Shown here one piece after another: positions 27,203 to 40,942 of a stretch of 64,000 nt of DNA. The notes beneath the pieces were generated by a model that saw nothing but the letters and a program-made list of their open reading frames with translations, made no database searches and had not been told where the DNA came from. A program made the translations under genes and the position numbers. The stretch is from Rhizophagus irregularis (lineage: Eukaryota). The stretch lies in assembly GCF_026210795.1 (NCBI RefSeq), contig NC_089429.1, positions 1,736,001 through 1,800,000 on the forward strand. Reading direction: 5' to 3'. The stretch's first letter is position 1. Each line of letters starts with the position of its first letter.

Positions 27203-28525
27203 ATGTCAAAGTTAAATAGTGATATTCTTTATCAAATTTTTCAAGAACTGAATAATGGTTCACTATTTTCTTGTTTATTTGTTAATAAATATTGGTTTAA
27301 ACTTGTAGTTCCAATTTTGTGGAGTCATCCTTTTGAAAATGTGTATGGTAAAAAATGGTCATCATTAATAAATATTATCATTTTACACTTATCAGAACAA
27401 TCAAAAATGTTCTTAGAAAATGAAAATGTCATTATATTTGATCGAAGTCAAAGACTTTCATTTAATTATGTTAGTTTTTGCAAATATATTATTGATCTTA
27501 AATTAGAAACTCGTTATAGATTTCATCATAAGCCAGAATTATTGGATCAAGAACTTCTTAAACTTTTTATTAGTGAATGTACATCTATTAAACATTTAGA
27601 TATATGTTCATTAGATTATCCAATTCATGATTTTCCAGGAGCAAATAATTGTTTTTCAAACCTACGAGAATTGATTTGTACAACAAAACAATCTGCATCT
27701 CATTTATATGGATTGGGTCAAATATGCAGATTAATAGAAATAATTAATATAGATTTAACATGTGCCAATTCTGGACTTGCAGAATTAATTAAGATGCAAA
27801 AACAAATTAAACATGTAATCTTAAATATTAAATATGAGTGTGAAATGATTATTCACGCTTTAGAAAAACATATTCATTCAATATTACATATAAGATTATG
27901 TAAGTTTAATGATAGTTTTTCTCCCATATACGTTCTTTTTCCAAAACTAGTTAATTTACAATCCTTTGAGTTTAATTACGTTAATTGCCAAACATTAGAG
28001 AAATATTTGATGAGTGGATTTTATTTTAACCTTCAAGTACTTGACTTACATCATGTATCACTCTTAATAGCTAAAAATATTATACAAAATACTGATAATA
28101 AACTTTGGAAAATTAAAATCAGGGCAATTGATTATGACCATTCAATAGAATATAATCAGGCGATATGTAATTGCTGTCCAAATATAAAATATGTTACTGT
28201 ATTCTTAAATAATAATCTGGATGACTTAAAGAATTTGTTAGTCAATTGTCAACGCTTGGAGGCATTAGATGTAATTGTACAAGAAAAAGAAGATAATTTT
28301 TTGGATTTATTGGTTAAATTGGCTCCAGTAAGTTTATACAAGATTCATATTAATAGGGAATGCTTTACTATTGAATCAATTAATTCATTTTTTAGTAATT
28401 GGGGGGACAGGAAAACTTTACATTTATATGATCATAACAGTAATTGGCGTAGATTTGTTAAAAGTAATGAGACAGAAGGAGTTATTGGACATGAATATTG
28501 TTATGGTTTCTGGGATTATGAGTAA
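27203..28525 (+). CDS. F-box/RNI-like LRR protein, 440 aa (different subfamily)
   Basis: MSKLNSDILYQIF...LFSCLFVNKYWFKLVVPILW F-box-like motif; LRR-like repeats (CPNIKY, CQRLEAL). Confidence 0.88.
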   Translation: MSKLNSDILYQIFQELNNGSLFSCLFVNKYWFKLVVPILWSHPFENVYGKKWSSLINIIILHLSEQSKMFLENENVIIFDRSQRLSFNYVSFCKYIIDLKLETRYRFHHKPELLDQELLKLFISECTSIKHLDICSLDYPIHDFPGANNCFSNLRELICTTKQSASHLYGLGQICRLIEIINIDLTCANSGLAELIKMQKQIKHVILNIKYECEMIIHALEKHIHSILHIRLCKFNDSFSPIYVLFPKLVNLQSFEFNYVNCQTLEKYLMSGFYFNLQVLDLHHVSLLIAKNIIQNTDNKLWKIKIRAIDYDHSIEYNQAICNCCPNIKYVTVFLNNNLDDLKNLLVNCQRLEALDVIVQEKEDNFLDLLVKLAPVSLYKIHINRECFTIESINSFFSNWGDRKTLHLYDHNSNWRRFVKSNETEGVIGHEYCYGFWDYE

Positions 28526-30245
28526 ATAAGTCTATTAAATTATCAAAGGATAAAATTTCATATTTAGTAATAGTAGTTATTAAATAATTTTCAGTCAGGT
28601 ATATAATTATAGATTATGATTATTTAAACTTGTCTATTAATATGAGATTTAGCCATTTAATTTGGTGTGGTAGTAGTAGATTCTTCTTATTAAAGCATCA
28701 GTATAATACATATTTACATACTAAACATGCAAATATCATTTATCTAATTATACCTGAAATTTTTTATAGTTCTCCGATATATATCAGATATGATTATCGA
28801 TTTGTATGATTTATTAATAAAGGCTAAAAATTTAAAATTAAAAATGCAATTAATAAATATCATTATTATCTTTTACAATATCGATAATTTCTTTAATTTC
28901 TTTTTGCAAATTGTCCTATTATTGTCGCAAAGAAAAATTAAGAACATTATAAAAATATTTTTACTTTTTAGATAGAACACTAATGTTATACATGATCATA
29001 GAGGCCTCTCCCATAATTGTATTTAATTGATATGAGATTCACTTGTTCAATTATTAAACGTAACTTTATCAGCATATATTTTATGATTTTATTTTCATTT
29101 AGTTATCAAAAGAAACAAACTACCCAACTATCTAAAAGCAAAGCACAAAATTCTCAAAAATACCAGGTCTTCAGTAACCTACGACCGGACGTATAAGATT
29201 TAGTTATTATTTAGTATTTTTCACTTTAATATTAACTAACGAGTGGATCGAGAATCAGCTTTCTACAGAATCATGTATGATAGAATTTCTTGTCAAAATA
29301 AGCACTTCTATACCTACTTTGGACAAATTAAACCTTTATAGTTGCGACTAGTATTTTAGAGAACATTCTTAATTGTATATAGAAAATATTAGTAGAAAAA
29401 AAAGGAAAAAATTTTTATGCATGGATAGATCTTTTCATAATAGCACATACTGGCAGCACATATTAAATTATTAGTAAAATGTTGAAAGCTCATCTGCGCT
29501 TCTGCGGTTATCGTTTATGAAATCCCCCATAAATATATAAAGTGTGGTAATTTTCAAACATCTATCTCCTTTTTTCCTTATAACTAAAATAATTAATAGA
29601 CATGTATCAATTGTATCATACACGATATTAAATTCCAGAGGTATATAATTGTTATGAGGAAATTATTTAATAAAATCACGTGAACACGAATTTAATTAAA
29701 AACGGGCGAAAATTTTACAATTTCTCACAAACTATGAGTTTGATTGAATACATTCAAAAATAATGCAAGTATACATCTTATGTACAGGATTCGTTAACAA
29801 GACATATTCAATAAATGATTTTAGACATAAAATTTAATATTTATGGATTTTTTTGTCTAACCTCTCCTTTTTTTAATATCAAAACATGTTGATTTAAAAG
29901 AAAAAGTATGCTTATAATAAAAATAGCGTCATTAATAAAAAATTTATTTAAATAAATGATTTTTTTGATATAAATTTCTTCAATAATTGTACTATTAACT
30001 TTCTTCAAAGTTTCGCAAGTTAATATTTATTTAAAGATAGCAACGAAGAGAATTTACCTTAGAGAATTCGTAGCCTATGTTTGACTTCTTAAGTCAGTTT
30101 TTAATAAAAAAAATTTACTTGTATTATACCTTTCTAAAGTTTATTTAAAGTCAGAAATTCTGAAAAGGTTTACCTTAAATCGTCGATTCAGGATGACGTG
30201 AAATACTGTACCTTATAATTACGAATAAAATTATTATCATATTAA

Positions 30246-32728
30246 CTAGAGTAACTTGGTAATTATTAGTGAGTTATAATCATTATACTGTCAGATTGAC
30301 TCGAAAATTTTGGGTCGGGTCATCAAACATTTTTATAATTAAATATAAAAAAAATTGATTTTTTTATTAAAAACGTCAGACTTGACGTTTTCATGATTAA
30401 AAAATCATTTTTTACGTTAGATTTGATTAAAAATCAAAAAAATTGATTTTTTTGGTTAAAAATGTAAGACTTGGCGTTTTTGTAATTAAAAAATCAAAAA
30501 AAAAATGATTTTATTAATTAAAAATGTCAGACTCGACGTTTTTGTAATTAAAAAATCAAAAAAATGTTTTTTTTAGTTAAAAACGTCAGACATGACATTT
30601 TTGTGATTAAAAATAAAAAAAAATGTCAGACTTGACGTTTTTGTAATTAAAAAATCAAAAAAATGACTTTTTTAGTTGAAAAACGTCAGGCTTGACGTTT
30701 TTGTAATTAAAAAATCAAAAAAATGACTTTTTTAGTTGAAAAACGTCAGGCTTGACGTTTTTGTAAATAAAAAATCAAAAAAATGACTTTTTTAGTTGAA
30801 AAACGTCAGGCTTGACGTTTTTGTAATTAAAAAATCAAAAAAATGACTTTTTTAGTTAAAAAATGTCAGGCTTGACGTTTTGGTAATTAAAAAATCAAAA
30901 AAATGACTTTTTTAGTTAAAAAATGTCAGGATCGACGTTTTTGTAATTAAAAAATCAAAAAAAAATGACTTTTTTAGTTAAAAAACGTCAGACTTGACGT
31001 TTTTGTAATTAAAAAATAAAAAAAAATGACTTTTTCAGTTAAAAAGCGTCAGACATGACATTTTTGTGATTAAAAATAAAAAAAAATGATTTTTTTAATC
31101 AAAAACGTCAGGCTTGACGTTTTTGTAATTAAAAAATCAAAAAAATGACTTTTTTAGTTAAAAAACGTCAGACTTGATGTTTTTGTAATTAAAAAATCAA
31201 AAAAATGACTTTTTTAGTTAAAAAACGTCAGACTTGATGTTTTTGTAATTAAAAAATCAAAAAAAAATGATTTTTTTAGTTAAAAACGTCAGACATGACA
31301 TTTTTGTGATTAAAAATAAAAAAAATGATTTTTTAATTAAAAACGTCAGATTTGACATTTTTATGATTCAAAAAATCATTTTTTATGTTAGATTTGACAA
31401 TTTTGTAATTAAAAATCAAAAAAATTGATTTTTTTAGTTAAAAACGTCAGACTTGACGTTTTTGTAATTAAAAAATCAAAAAAAATGATTTTTTAATTAA
31501 AAACGTCAGACTTGATGTTTTTGTGATTAAAAATCAAAAAAATATTGGTTTTTTTTAATTAAAAATGTCAGACTTGATGTTTTTGTGATTAAAAATCAAA
31601 AAAAATATTGATTTTTTAATTAAAAACGTCAGACTTGGCATTTTGTAATTAAAAATCAAAAAAATATTGGTTTTTTTAATTAAAAACGTCAGACTTGACG
31701 TTTTTGTAATTAAAAAATCAAAAAAAATGATTTTTTTGATTAAAAATGTCAGACTTGATGTTTTTGTAATTAAAAAATCAAAAAAAATGATTTTTTTGAT
31801 TAAAAACGTTAGACTTGACGTTATTGTAATTAAAAAATCAAAAAAAATGATTTTTTTGATTAAAAACGTCAGACTTGACGTTTTTGTTATTAAAAAATCA
31901 AAAAAATGATTTTTTTAATTAAAAAACGTCAGACTTGACATTTTTGTGATTAAAAAATAAAAATCAAAAAAATATTGGTTTTTTTTTAATTAAAAACGTC
32001 AGACTTGACGTTTTTGTTATTAAAAAATCAAAAAAAAATGATTTTTTTAATTAAAAACGTCAGACTTTGACATTTTTGTGATTAAAAATCAAAAAAATAT
32101 TGGTTTTTTTAATTAAAAACGTCAGTCTTGACATTTTTTGTTAAAAAAATAAAAAATAAAGAAAAAACGTTTTTGCGTTATTTTTTTTATAATTTTATAT
32201 GGAAAAATGCCAAAACGTTTTTTTCTTAATAGTAATGCAAAAAAAAAAGTTTTTGGCATTTTTTTTAATAATATTATATGAAAAAACGCTGAAACGTTTT
32301 TGTTACAATTTTTTTATTTTTTTGCAATATTTTATGAAATTTTAATGATCAACAAAAAAATGAAATTATGCAAATATTGAATGATGCAACAATTTAACAG
32401 GGACTTTTAGTGGCACAGGAAGAGTTTTTGCGAAAAGTTGGCATTAGAAGTTTTTTTCATTGTCATTGTCATTGTCATTTACATAAAGTTATATAAGATT
32501 AATCTGAGAGTTTTTTACCAAAAAGGAAATTTTTTTATAAAAAGGGAAATGATTTTCAATTTCGAGGCAATTCAGCAGGTGTTTTAATAACAAATTGAGA
32601 AATGATTTCCATAGAAAATCTCGTGACAAAATTTATAATAAATTTAAAATAAATGATCAACAAATGATCAACAAAATCGTTACTAGTTTTATAAAAAACG
32701 CCCAATAATATCTTTTTATTGTTTTAAA
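30246..32728 (-). mobile_element. Satellite-bearing Helitron/Helentron-like non-autonomous element, copy 1
   Basis: Reverse complement of 50987-54243; ends TTTAAAACAAT...TTACTCTAG in T-rich context; no TIR and no clear TSD; subterminal near-palindrome GACTCGAAAATTTTGGGTC. Confidence 0.65.
30350..32140 (+). repeat. ~60-bp tandem satellite (~30 units) with two palindromes per unit
   Basis: Unit approximately AAAAACGTCAGACTTGACGTTTTTGTAATTAAAAAATCAAAAAAAATGATTTTTTTAATT. Confidence 0.95.
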
Positions 32729-33116
32729 TCGGTCAAAAATGAAAATTGTGACAAAAATGAATTTTTATAAGTTTTACTGTTTGTAAAACTTTAATTAACA
32801 GAATCGTATAATTTATTTTTAAAAATCAACAATAATAACGAATAAATTTTTTTTAAACCGGAATTATCAAAGCGTTAAAAAAAACAGCCTATTCCATTTT
32901 AGGCTTTTTAGACGTCAATCGTCGATCCTTTCATCCATATTTTTTTGTTATGATACAATATTAAATTTGTGATAAACGGATTATCGTTCCGAAATTAAAA
33001 TTTACCATATATTTTTTTTTTGTGCGACAAATAGAGTTACGTAGGTATATAATGATTTTCAATATTTTGTTGAGACTTTGAAGTATCCTTTTTACCCTTT
33101 TCTTTCATTCTACAAT

Positions 33117-34764
33117 ATGGCATGTTCAAAACTATTTTCAGGAGATTTGCCTGAATTAATAAGCGAAATAATATATTATTTTCACCATGATTATAAAACA
33201 TTGCATTCATGTATTTTGGTTAATAGATTGTGGTGTCGTTTAGCAATTCCACTGTTGTGGGAAGATCCATTTCTATTCCTACCAGAAATTGTAATTTTAT
33301 TAAATTTTATTTGTATAATTTAAATGATGTTGATAAAAGAAAATTAAATGAATATGGAATTATTTATGATTTATTTTCTTCAAATACATTATTTAATTAT
33401 CCTCGTTTTATTAAATGCTTAAATATAGATAAAATCAGTTTTTCAGTTGAAAAATGGATGGCAACTAGAACTTTAATAACTGGAAAAAATCTTGCTATAC
33501 AATCTATTTTTAAGTCATTATTCAAAACATTTATTGAAAATGAAAATAATGTAAATTTGCATACCTTTGAAGTTGAAATTAAAACAAATCCTTGTAATAG
33601 TAATTTTAATACTACTTATGAATTAATTTTACAAAATCCAAATTTCTTACATAATATTAGAAAATTTAAAATCTTATATTATCATTCAATAATGGAAATA
33701 TTTGAAGCAAATTTCGATTCTTTTCTAAATCTTCTATATTCTAATTGCAAATTAATTTCTTCATTTCATTTTGAATTTAGTAATAATGTATTAATTGATA
33801 AACAGATTTCTCAATTAATCAATTCACAACAAAATCTAAAAAAAATTATAATCAAGAGCATCTTAGTTCATCATATTATTCATTCTTATCATTAAAAAGT
33901 CATAATCATTCAAATACTTTAAGAATAATTGTTTTTTGTCGTGTCAGTTTTATAAACATGATTGATTTAGGTGAAGCAATTGAACAGTTAAATGTTTTAG
34001 AATCAATTCATATTTTATATTGTAGTACTTTATATTATTTTATCAAACAAATTATTAATATTACTAAACCTTTTAAATTAAAATCTTTATTTATGAATAA
34101 TAACTCATTAGAAATCAATTCTTTAAAATTATTGTTGGAAAAATCTGGTAATTATTTGGAAAATTTTGTACTTAATTCAGTTACATATAATGAAGAAAAA
34201 AGTCAATTACTTGAATTACTTATAAAATATTGTGCAAATATTAGTTTTCTTGATTTGATGGGACTTGATCATCAAAATATTTTTTTAGTATTTGGTTTAA
34301 TTGAAAATATTGAACAGAATTTAAATTATCTTTCTATTGATATTCTTAATTATTCTAATCATCATTTATGTGATGATGCTTTACTTAGTTCAATTGTATT
34401 ATTAAATTTAGGTCAAATTCTTCCCCATAAATTAGAATACTTAAATTTATCTCTTAAAATTAATCCAATTGATTTGAAAGTATTTTTAGAAAGTTCTCAA
34501 AATACTTTTATTAGAAAATTATTAATTAATGATGCAGATCAAAAAGAAAGTAAAGAAATTTTACCTTATATAAAGGAATATATTATGAAAAAGAAAAGAG
34601 TTAGATATTTAGCTATTTTAGGAAATTTATCTGGAGAAGAAAAAAATTTAATTACTTCAATAGATGAAATTAAAGAATTTGAATTATATGATATTAAAGT
34701 TCAACATTATGATAATTTATTTATTCAAATTTGTAATTATATAAATTTTTTGAAGCAATATTAA
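33117..34764 (+). pseudogene. F-box/LRR-like gene with two frameshifts (pseudogene or assembly errors)
   Basis: Three overlapping ORFs reconstruct one family member; -1 shifts at ~33270 (T-run after EDPF) and ~33855. Confidence 0.8.
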
Positions 34765-35474
34765 ATTAGTATTAAATTTTGTTCATTGTAATAATTAATA
34801 AAGTTATTTTTTTTTATAAATTTGACTTTACATTTGTACATATGTAGTATTAAATATATTCAATTTAAGTTATAGCATTATTACTCTAAAAAAATATTGT
34901 TCAACAAACCTTGGAAATTTGGGTTTAGGTTGCTTGTTTTTTTATGAGAATAAGACATGTCAAATGTTGATTATCATGAATAGACGAACCATCATGAAAA
35001 ATCTTAACTGTTTAACCAAAGTCTTAACCAATTAATTAATTATAAATGAATGGACTTAGCCCACATTATACTTAATTTTTTCTAGAATTATATTTAATTT
35101 TGGCCAAAATATAAACCCAACCACAACATTTATGATATATTTCTTTTATCTATTTAATCAAATACATTCTTATTTTACATTTCAAAAAAAATCATTTTCA
35201 ATTTTTAATACATAATATATAAAGACTAAATAATATTGTAATTGTAAATTATAAATAAAAATAAATAATAATTTGATGTTATTTCATTTCTAATAATGAA
35301 ACAAATTTTATAAAATAAAATTATTTAATATAAAGTATTGTATATTAATATATAATAAAAATATCTACCTTATTTTACATTGAACTTTTTTTTATTTTCA
35401 AGTTTTGTGAAGTATCTCCATACAAAAAAGAAACTTTTTCATTTTTGTCTGGTTTTAATTTTTTGTTACTTTGG

Positions 35475-36830
35475 TCAGCAGATGTTGAAAAAGAAGACCT
35501 TATAGATGTTATTAAAATAAATATTCATTTCTAAGTCTTCTAATTTGTAGTTGATGAGTAATTTTCCTAATAATTTGGACACCATTTGGGCGTTCCAAGA
35601 TTCTTTTTGCGTGATAGCCCAAAGTTGGTTATGTTCTTGGGCTTGGGCTTCTTGAAGGATTCCAAATTCATTCAAATTCACAACATCCAATTTCTTCATC
35701 CTTCAAAAATATTAAAAATATTAAAAGTTTTTTCTGCAATTGTTGCATAGTGCAGTGTCATCTTATGTTTGTATCTGAGTAATTTGTTTGGAGTTGGCAG
35801 TTAATCTAATAAGAGTTGTCCTAGATAAAGAGTTAATCATGGCCAATTGTGTTTCTTTGTGATATATTGACTTTGTTATAATTTTTGAAATTGTGTTTCT
35901 TCTAAGTATGGTGGCAGAAAAAAATTAACCTCTTCTGGCTTATTTTGTTGAACATTTAAAATTTCTGAAAAGTCTATTTTGTTTTTGAAAGTTAAAATTT
36001 TTCATCAACTTGTCCATATCTTCTCATTATACTTTTTCATTTTGCTGATTATAGTTAATCATTTAGCTGATTAGATTTGTTTATTTTTGATATTATTTTT
36101 GTATTATTCATCATATTTTACCATATAACTTTGCTATTTTTAGATGCTTAAATTAATTTTTCATATATTATTATTTTGAGATATTTTTTTTTATTCTAAA
36201 AATACCTTTTTCCCTTTTTTCAAACTTTCCAGAAATATCTTCACACATCATGATATTTTGATTTTGTCTGATTTTGTGTTTTTCATGTAATGTCTTTTTA
36301 TGATTTTGTTTTATCTGTTCTCAGTGTGTTCTTGTGTCATGCTTTTCATTATATAAGGACTCAATTTTCCTTTCCTTTTTCTCCTTACTTCCATATAATA
36401 TCTTGCTCTGCAAAACTTTATTGGACTTTGGCTTTATTCATTTAGTGTTTGACTAACTGGGTGTTGTAGCTTTTCTTTCATTTTTCCAATAAAGCAATTC
36501 GTGTTATAATAGTCTAAAAATACTTTCTTCAAGAGACAATTTCCGAATATTCAAGAAGAAAATCATAACCTTTGACAAGAAATTTTGACTCTGACTGAGT
36601 TTGGTGTGCTACAGTATGGGACTTTAAAAATAAAAACAAATACAATAGCAGATACAATTGGAGGAAGAGCTTTTCCAGAAGAATGCAGAGTATCTGTCCT
36701 CATGGTGTAAAGTTCTCATTTTCTGTAGCTTTGAGAGTAGCAAGAACTTGTTGTGCTGCTAAATTAATTATGTGAGCCAAACAATAATGAACATGCTTAT
36801 CATCACTGTCAAAATGAATATATCTTTGAG
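35475..36830 (-). mobile_element. Degenerate transposon coding remnants including a hAT transposase fragment
   Basis: Minus-strand 36720-36815 translates to FDSDKHVHYCLAHIINLAAQQVL, matching the hAT CxxH motif; remainder riddled with stops and unassigned. Confidence 0.55.
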
Positions 36831-36993
36831 AAAGATCAAAAAAGAGTCATGGAATGCATAAAGTAAAGTTATTTACCAATAAATGAAATCAATTGTGAAA
36901 GAGAAAAATTAGCTGCAAAAGAACTTTACTATCAAACAAAAAATCCTTCAAAAAATTATGGCATCAGTATTAATGAGAAGGAAATATAGTACA

Positions 36994-37705
36994 TAGTTTG
37001 TATGCTTCTTTTTATTCAACTTGATGAATATAGTGGGTATATAGCAAACATGTATTGTATGGTTAGCTTTGTATGTATTGTATTATTAAAACTTTTTAAT
37101 GTATGTAATGTATGGTCTTTTTCAATTATGCATGTATTGTATGATAAATGTGGTAATTTCATGTATTTTATTACCAAATATAACTATTTCACATTTTTCG
37201 TTATGATTGTGTACTGGCTAAAACAATTCAACGTGTATTATTATAATCTTTTTTTTCTTTTTATTTAAAAATAAATATTTCTACCATGTTTATTACTTTT
37301 CATTTAAAAAAATTTAAAATAAATATTTCTATCGCGTTTTTATTACTACAATTTCTTTCTTTTCATTTAAAATATTTATTATTATGTCTAAAGTAAATTC
37401 TATTATTCTTTCAGATATTGAGACTATATCTGATGATGAAACTATATCTGAAAATGAAATTTAATTCCTTATGAGTCATCATCTATAAATATTGTAAATA
37501 TTTGCATTATCTCTAGCAATACATTAAGAAATATTTATTTTATTTATAATGAAAAATAAATTTTTTTTTTTGTAAATCCTAATCTTTATGTATGGCGAAA
37601 ATAAGTATGCCATACATAGCAAACGTTCATTTTAATATCCATACATGTATGGACACAATCAAAAATACATAAGCATACAATACATACAACGTTAAGCATA
37701 CACTA
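36994..37705. mobile_element. Degenerate hAT-like MITE
   Basis: Imperfect TIR TAGT(TT)GTATGCTT / AAGCATACACTA; GTATG/CATAC subterminal repeats; no clear TSD. Confidence 0.45.
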
Positions 37706-37983
37706 CATGTTTTATAATCACCTGAATATAGTTGGTCCTTTTCATTTTCCAGTCCATAATTGTTTTCTTTATAGTATAAAACTTTTGTTTCCAATAGAAT
37801 AATTTATTTATTGGCATATTTTTCTATCATGCTAGTCTTTTTGTTTTTATTGAAAGTTAAGGATTTGGTAAATCAAATTTATTATTAAATCATTAGCAAG
37901 TTTCCACAAAGATTCTTTTCTTGATTTAATACAGCTCAAACTTCTCTAATTAAAGACATATGCTGATAATAATATGATTGTAA

Positions 37984-38850
37984 GGCCACGCAAACTAATA
38001 TTTTCAGTTCACTTCACCCGGCCGGGTCACTTTTTCAAAATTTGACCAAAAAATTTTTATATGTAAAAATTTTTTTTCACGTGATTTCAAGTGATTTTAT
38101 TGGTTAAATCTTAATTATTATGAATAGTACTTTAAAATAAATTTTCGACATAATCTTCTGTGGATAAATTCTTTATATTTAGATATTATAGACTCAATTA
38201 CATATGATCGAAACTTATTTTATTACAATATATAAACCCTTCATACAATTTTAGTTAGGACAAATTTTATTTACATTTAATTTTATAGGTCTCTTTACCT
38301 TTCGGATGGGCGGGTTTCACTTTTTGTTTTTCTTTTTTCCCATTTGAAAGGTTAGCGTAGTCCTAGCTTTTTGAATAGATAGTTCGAAGGGTGAGGTCCC
38401 GTAGGGATTAACGTCCAAAATTCTATACACGTATATTAGTAGTAGATCATGTAAATGTTGTCTTTCTTTTATTTGTAATAGTTTTGGTGTACCACTCTTC
38501 TAGTAATAAAATAAATAAAATAATAGTACTTTAAAATCTGCTTCCCAGAAATTAGATGACAAACATGAAATTGATATATCATTAAAAAAATCCTTCATTT
38601 TTGTCTCTTTTTCAACTGGTAAACCTTCCCAATCTTTAAAAGTTACAGAGTTGTAACTTATTCGTACATGTATGATAGGCATTTTTAGAAACAAACTGGA
38701 ACGATTATCTTCGAAATTCATCTAATTATAAACTAGTAAGTCACGTGACTTATAATAAAAATTTTTTATTAATAAAAAATAAAACCCGGGTCCCTGGGTC
38801 AATTTTAAATTTTAATGTTACGTGAACCGAAAATATTAGTTTGCGTGGCC
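37984..38850. mobile_element. Non-autonomous TIR element with TAA TSD (Zator- or PIF/Harbinger-like)
   Basis: ~29-bp TIR GGCCACGCAAACTAATATTTTC(A/G)GTTCAC; TAA on both flanks; internal short ORF 38500-38721. Confidence 0.85.
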
Positions 38851-40619
38851 TAAAGTAACCTCTTTGATCTTATATGAATGATATTTGTTTTTTGAATTTT
38901 CCCTATTCATGCAAGTTCCACTAATTTAGGAATTACACTAAATTTTATTAAAACCAAAATTAAATTAACAGATGAAACATATTGCAATAAATTTTTTAAA
39001 TTTGAATTATTATAAAAAATGTCTTATCATTTCTTATTTATGAATATGCCAATATTTGTATTATTATTCAAAAAAATTGAAAGTGAGTGAAGGTTCTGAC
39101 TTTTAATACTCAGAAAGCTATTAAATAAAATGTCATTTTTTTTTTCAAGTAAAAAAAAATTTTTTTTTGTATGGAAAAATTTAAAATTTTTAAATTAGGT
39201 GAATTAGAGAATAATCCATTATTTTATAGTACTTTTAGAGAATTTGTTCTCATTTAGTCCTAAGTTTTTTTTTATGTAAGAAAGTGATCAACTCATCCAT
39301 ACTATACTTTTAGATGACAATTGTGTCATGATAGGAGTTATTATATTTATTCTGCAAATCAATTATTGTGCTAGTCAATCATGTATGATAAAACTGTAAT
39401 AACAAGTCTAGCAAAAATAGATTTTGGTAAACTTATATATTTTTTATTCTATTTCATATTCTTTATATTAGCTTTTTATATTCTAACTTAATTATTTCCA
39501 TAATTTTTTATGGTATTGCCCACTATTCAGTAAATTTTCATCATTATTAATAAGTGGTAAAATTAGAAGTTTCTTGAATGGACTTTGTTATTGATATATG
39601 TAAGTTATGCAGCTATGATTTTTTTATGCCTAGTAAGTATATTCATAATGTGATTAAATTCATTGATGACATAGTATGTCCTACTCTTAATGTAAATTTC
39701 TAAATACTCAATTCCTTTATTGTGAATTGATGTATGTATTTCAAATAAACATTGCTAAATGATGGGTATAGTATGTTATTAACTGAAATCTTTTAAAAAT
39801 AAATTAATAATAACAAGTAAAATTTGATAAATTACATAATTCATTATACCAGGGTATCATTAAATTTATCATTAAGTTCTTTACTATTGAGTATACTCCT
39901 GCTTAATGGGCAAAATAATTCATCTCTGAGATAATAACATTATAGCTAGTTGTAAAAATAGTCATGTTATTTGGAATAAAGCAAACAATAATCATTATAC
40001 TAACATCTTGTAAATATTTGTTCAAATAATTACTATTTAAAATCCTATATTATCATAATAATGTATTTTTACATTTATTTATAATTTGGATTTTTGACTA
40101 AAATTACAACATTTGGTAGCAAAATTTCAGAGTATTCTAATGGTATTACTAATATAGTCATTTTGGAAGGTAATTGATCCTTAAACTATGCAAGTATAAG
40201 ATTTCATAGTTGAATTACTTTATTTTTTTCTTTGGTCTTTGTATTTAATATAATAATCTATATTTTTTATAGACATGTTCTCATTATCTTCTATTATATG
40301 TCCTAAATAGATTGAGCACCACTATTTTTATCTTAAATCATTGAAAATATCATCATATCATACTTATTATAAGCTGAATTGTTCTTATATTGTTTAGCCT
40401 ATAATATTAGAAATTCAATTTATATTAAATGTTTATATGCAGTTTATCTATTAAAGTTTTCTTTATATAAAAATTATTATTCATTTCATGTCTTCATTAT
40501 AATGAAATTTCTGGCATTAGATTTCCATAAATATATTAATTAAGTATTTTTTCTCTATTTTCTTTATATCTATAAATCTCCTTTTCTTTTATCTCTACTT
40601 TGCATATATATTTCCACTA

Positions 40620-40942
40620 ACCCATCATTCCCATTGAATAATATATTAACATTTTGTTGTAAGAAATAATTTCTCTAATTGTGTGCAACTTGAAAAAATA
40701 TTGGTCATTTCTTCCAAGTTTTTATGGTCAACATCCATAGTTAACTTTATTAATTTTGGGCAATAGTTTGATATTGCCTTAATTAACTTTCTATTAAGCA
40801 ACATCTTTATCTTGAATAATTGCCCAAGCACACCAAATACAACATGATTATTATAGCTAGTATCACCAATCTCCATTGCGCGTAAAATCTGCACGTTTAA
40901 ACAATCTCTCAGCTCTCTTATCAGGTTCATAAGATATTTCAA
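40620..40942 (-). pseudogene. Fragment of an F-box/RNI-like LRR gene
   Basis: LIKAISNYCPKLIKL...IFSSCTQLEKLFL LRR-like repeats similar to the 27203 subfamily. Confidence 0.55.

Noticed and set aside
30350..32140. CRISPR-like appearance of regularly spaced palindromes (also 51655-54125)
   Set aside because: The intervening sequences are themselves repeated, with no unique spacers and no cas genes; eukaryotic context
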